A stretch of 64,000 bases of DNA, taken from positions 87,668,001 through 87,732,000 of the forward strand of contig NW_024704742.1 in NCBI RefSeq assembly GCF_018977255.1, given 5' to 3'. Source of the DNA: Callorhinchus milii (lineage: Eukaryota). Positions 62,648 through 64,000 of this stretch are shown one piece after another. Under the pieces are notes generated by a model. The model searched no databases. It was given only the letters and a program-made list of their open reading frames with translations, and was not told where the DNA came from. The translations under genes were made by a program, and so were the position numbers. Every line of letters begins with the position of its first letter. Position 1 is the first letter of the stretch.

Positions 62648-63462
62648 GCAATCCTTAGTTGTTAGAGTACTCACCTCTCAAATGAGAAACCTGGGTTTGC
62701 CTGGCAGGCGAAATGTTGGGCAAGTTTTCTTACTCCACACGCCTCTGTTTACCTGGCAATAAGGAACCCGGTTATTAGTTGATTGGTGGATTGCTTTTCC
62801 GGTGGTAATAATTCCTTCAAAAAAATAATAATAAATTGGTCACTCATCAACAACTGTTTGTGAGACAATGCTGTGCATAACTGGCTGCCACGTTTCACCC
62901 ACAAAATATACAGAAAATTCACTTTAAGATCTATTCTGTGAAGCACTTTGAGATGTCTTGAAGACATGAGGTGCTATATCAAATGCAGGGATTATTATCA
63001 TCTTGCATTCTGCATGCTTTCAGCTTGCTTGATCATTTTACGAGATCAATTATCCTACCATCTTTGCACATCTGATTCCTTATTTGGAACCCAAAGGGGC
63101 AATATGGAAACTCGGATGGCGTGGCTGTAATTTGATTGCCTGACCATTTTGATAAATAATAATTGATAGTCAAGATCTTTTGAAAACACACCTTGAAATT
63201 AAATCATTCCATGACCGAAAAAAAATCTCTTCAATATGACTGCTTCTTAAATCAAGAGTGGTTTCTTAATCTGTAAATTGTATTGTATAGGAAAAGAGCC
63301 CTTTTTGATCTTCACGAATCGCCATGATATCAGGAAACTGGGACTCCACCACAAAGAGTACACCCAGGTAGCTGTGCAGCTGAGAAATGTAGTGGCATTA
63401 GATGCTGACATTGCTGACCAGAGGATCTTCTGGGCTGACTTGGGAGAGCAGGCAATTTTCAG
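594..63462 (+). CDS. VLDLR: VLDLR-like receptor gene with tandemly multiplied ectodomain (spliced; 71 exons traced; 3' end beyond window)
   Basis: Exon peptides match VLDLR ([43 protein letters not shown], [23 protein letters not shown]). Propeller exons of 172/119/140/142 bp are the LDLR-family sizes. Splice phases are compatible from exon to exon. Probably a lineage-specific paralog rather than the canonical ortholog. Confidence 0.85.
1772..10598 (+). CDS. VLDLR: Module 1: 6 LDLa + EGF-A/B + YWTD propeller + EGF-C (12 exons, 1935 nt)
   Basis: Exons 1772-1891, 3196-3567, 4242-4364, 4445-4570, 5293-5412, 5523-5648, 6262-6433, 7609-7833, 8660-8778, 8864-9003, 9631-9772, 10449-10598. All open and in phase. 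GC donors at 5413 and 5649. Confidence 0.9.
2130..2500. repeat. Unclassified interspersed repeat fragment (related copies ~6770-7330, ~12750-13110, ~18630-19830)
   Basis: Shared motifs ccctgcaagccaaag and tcttggctct..cc...tgt..ctaatgc occur at two different intronic sites in each duplicate. Confidence 0.5.
3636..3760 (-). mobile_element. CR1-type LINE 3' end fragment (copy at ~14912-15038)
   Basis: cataagaacataagaaataggagcaggagtaggc...aataagatcatggctgatc is a typical reverse CR1 terminus with a short tandem tail. Confidence 0.7.
11953..11989 (+). pseudogene. Destroyed duplicate of the signal-peptide exon
   Basis: Acceptor CAG is CAT here. ATG ATT CCT TTG CGA T is fused directly to the sequence matching position 1357 (about 747 bp deleted, including the donor), which gives MIPLRCI*. 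Confidence 0.85.
12384..22950 (+). CDS. VLDLR: Module 2: near-identical copy of module 1 with a 1-bp frameshift in the second propeller exon
   Basis: Exons 12384-12503, 14474-14845, 15521-15643, 15724-15849, 17115-17234, 17345-17470, 18083-18254, 20114-20337 (224 nt vs 225), 21162-21280, 21366-21505, 22473-22614, 22801-22950. Confidence 0.75.
13550..14210 (-). mobile_element. 5'-truncated L2-type LINE, present only in module 2
   Basis: Minus-strand ORF with RNLGVLFD...[14 protein letters not shown]...[15 protein letters not shown], a (CAA)n tail, and a ctttac direct repeat at 13544-13549 and 14211-14216. The empty site is near 2940. Confidence 0.9.
16688..17068 (-). mobile_element. tRNA-derived SINE
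   Basis: Reverse complement of the head gtggagtcctgtagctca..ggttagagcactcgc, with an (ATT)n tail. Confidence 0.85.
22057..22330 (+). mobile_element. L2 3' fragment
   Basis: [15 protein letters not shown]...[10 protein letters not shown] and the tail gtgaaaggcgctgtacaaatgtaat-(TTG)n. Module 1 keeps only the tail (~9438-9487). Confidence 0.8.
23394..23484 (+). pseudogene. Possible decayed LDLa exon
   Basis: After ttccAG, the stretch aaatgt-tttaagtactgccatggaaacagtgacgag-aactgg resembles aaatgtgatgagtttaaggactgcaatgatggcagtgacgaggtcaactgc of exon 26381-26503. It contains stop codons. Confidence 0.45.
24769..34941 (+). CDS. VLDLR: Module 3: 6 LDLa + EGF-A/B + propeller + EGF-C (12 exons, 1923 nt)
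   Basis: Exons 24769-24891, 25423-25791, 26381-26503, 26580-26702, 28482-28601, 29153-29278, 30249-30420, 30946-31170, 31622-31740, 31829-31962, 32413-32554, 34795-34941. All AG/GT bounded and in frame. Confidence 0.9.
28672..29140 (+). mobile_element. L2 3' fragment
   Basis: [31 protein letters not shown] motif. The 3' part is nearly identical to the element at 13550-14210. Confidence 0.9.
29553..29915 (-). mobile_element. Degenerate CR1 fragment
   Basis: tcatagaattatacagcacagga terminus, and ccttcctaaagtgtggtgcccagaactgaacacaatactc (reverse of [10 protein letters not shown]). Confidence 0.7.
33365..34700 (+). mobile_element. CR1 LINE ORF2 (reverse transcriptase) fragment, frameshifted
   Basis: [49 protein letters not shown] and [13 protein letters not shown] across ORFs 33457-34485. 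Confidence 0.95.
35343..46235 (+). CDS. VLDLR: Module 4: 7 LDLa + EGF-A/B + propeller + EGF-C (13 exons, 2043 nt)
   Basis: Exons 35343-35465, 36593-36715, 37792-38163, 41636-41758, 41840-41962, 42060-42179, 42257-42382, 42751-42922, 43209-43421, 43777-43895, 43972-44111, 45143-45284, 46089-46235. GC donor at 41759. Confidence 0.9.
36051..36383 (+). mobile_element. Full-length tRNA-derived SINE with L2-like tail
   Basis: A box tagctcagtgg, B box gagttcaattcc, tail gtgaaaagcgctatatcaaatgcaagg-(ATT)n. Confidence 0.9.
37110..37330 (-). mobile_element. SINE 3' fragment
   Basis: ataataatccttgcattt...gcagccaattgcgcacagca; same family as 36051. Confidence 0.75.
39133..41580 (-). mobile_element. Degenerate L2 LINE (endonuclease + RT fragments)
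   Basis: Minus-strand peptides LQNVCSL..ILGLTET (APE-like endonuclease), [27 protein letters not shown] and YADDTQL. Multiple frameshifts. Confidence 0.9.
46801..55417 (+). CDS. VLDLR: Module 5: 6 LDLa + EGF-A/B + propeller + EGF-C (12 exons, 1929 nt)
   Basis: Exons 46801-46923, 47418-47786, 48054-48176, 48310-48429, 48965-49084, 49160-49285, 51655-51826, 52272-52493, 53090-53211, 53288-53427, 53821-53962, 55268-55417. GC donor at 51827. Confidence 0.9.
48192..48267 (+). pseudogene. Decayed duplicate LDLa exon inside a 133-bp intron
   Basis: gatggcactgtatt...tgcaatgagatt...attgacggcagaggaggtcaactgt parallels the adjacent exon 48054-48176 (DG.C...CNE...DGSDEVNC). It has indels and no splice sites. 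Confidence 0.65.
49692..49937. repeat. ~53-bp inverted repeat pair with ~140-bp spacer
   Basis: 49692-49744 (actactgttatatgaaaggcgctatacaaatgtaatatgttgttgtgtcgcaa) matches the reverse complement of 49885-49937 with about 4 mismatches. Confidence 0.85.
50063..50557 (-). other. Intronic antisense 164-codon ORF with ~4 hydrophobic segments, origin unknown
   Basis: Long open frame in AT-rich DNA with a TTG start. An ATG AAT GAC ACG lies just upstream in another frame. Confidence 0.35.
51154..51475 (-). mobile_element. Full-length tRNA-derived SINE
   Basis: Reverse complement of the 36051-36383 family. Confidence 0.9.
55905..56040 (+). mobile_element. SINE 3' fragment
   Basis: caatccacgactgtttgt...aaatgcaaggattattatta. 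Confidence 0.75.
56320..63462 (+). CDS. VLDLR: Module 6 (partial): 8 LDLa + EGF-A/B + first propeller exon
   Basis: Exons 56320-56442, 57451-57573, 58819-59190, 60419-60541, 60632-60751, 60832-60957, 61314-61433, 61523-61648, 63291-63462. GC donor at 61434. Continues past the window end. Confidence 0.9.
59857..60178 (+). mobile_element. Full-length tRNA-derived SINE
   Basis: Same head, A/B boxes and tail as 36051-36383. Confidence 0.9.
61055..61265 (-). mobile_element. L2 3' fragment
   Basis: (CAA)n-attacatttgta tail and similarity to 13550-13770. Confidence 0.75.
62650..62999 (+). mobile_element. Diverged SINE, preceded by a (GT)n(AT)n microsatellite at 62617-62647
   Basis: gttagagtactcacc...gggcaagtttt...aaatgcagggattattat. 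Confidence 0.75.
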
Positions 63463-64000
63463 GTAATTCAAGTTATGATTGCTGAGCTATAACTAGGTTT
63501 GCCTCAACTGTACAGTGTGCATTCAGCACAACACTAACAGAATTTCACAACAGTAATTGGAAACTTGCTATTCAGGTCAACTTTCTTTCCATCTCTTCTC
63601 TCCCAACCATCCCAGATATTTACTACTGCTGCTAATTTGCTTCCTGGCCAGCAGAGACTAATTTGATCACTCAATGAATGATGGGTGAATCCATTGCATT
63701 GGGTAGTTCTGTGAACAACCATCATTCACAGTCATGTCTGGCAGTTGCTGTCACTTCTGAAAATCCTCCAGTCTTTGGCTAGTTACAGAAATCACAACCT
63801 GATTCTGCCCTAATTACTTGATGCCTCACCAATTTACTGTTCACTACTTGCAATGCTATACTGCATTAATGCAAGGGAAATTGTGCATTTGTTTATAAAC
63901 CTTTCTCAATGCATCATTGTCGATATATATTCATTTGGAACCTGTGACAAATGTTGCTAATGGGGAAACTTGCTAATGAGAGAGAGGCCGATGTGTTGAC

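Noticed and set aside
594-63462. Cluster of six separate VLDLR genes
   Set aside because: There is only one intact signal exon, no TM, cytoplasmic or stop exons, and some inter-module gaps are only 0.4-0.9 kb. Disfavoured, though transcripts are needed for proof.
594-63462. LRP1/LRP1B/LRP2 ortholog
   Set aside because: Peptides and exon sizes are VLDLR-type, and the modules are close copies of each other, unlike the ancient divergent clusters of LRP1/2.

Overview
Vertebrate genomic DNA. The SINE, CR1 and L2 repeats suggest a cartilaginous fish (inference). Almost the whole window is one + strand, intron-rich VLDLR-like locus. A single signal-peptide exon (594-657) is followed by five complete and one partial tandem copy of the VLDLR ectodomain cassette [6-8 LDLa repeats - EGF-A - EGF-B - YWTD propeller - EGF-C]. 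I traced 71 exons by eye (about 11.2 kb coding, about 3,740 aa, 39 LDLa repeats). I found no O-linked, transmembrane or NPxY exon between cassettes, and the gene runs off the right edge. Cassette 2 is a recent tandem duplicate (offset about 11.4 kb) of cassette 1 plus its upstream DNA. Its copy of the first coding exon is destroyed, and it has a 1-bp frameshift. Other oddities are 7 GC-AG donors, gained and decayed LDLa exons, Trp->Cys changes on the propeller face, and a CpG-retaining intronic segment with a multi-TM ORF. All coordinates were read by hand and no searches were run.
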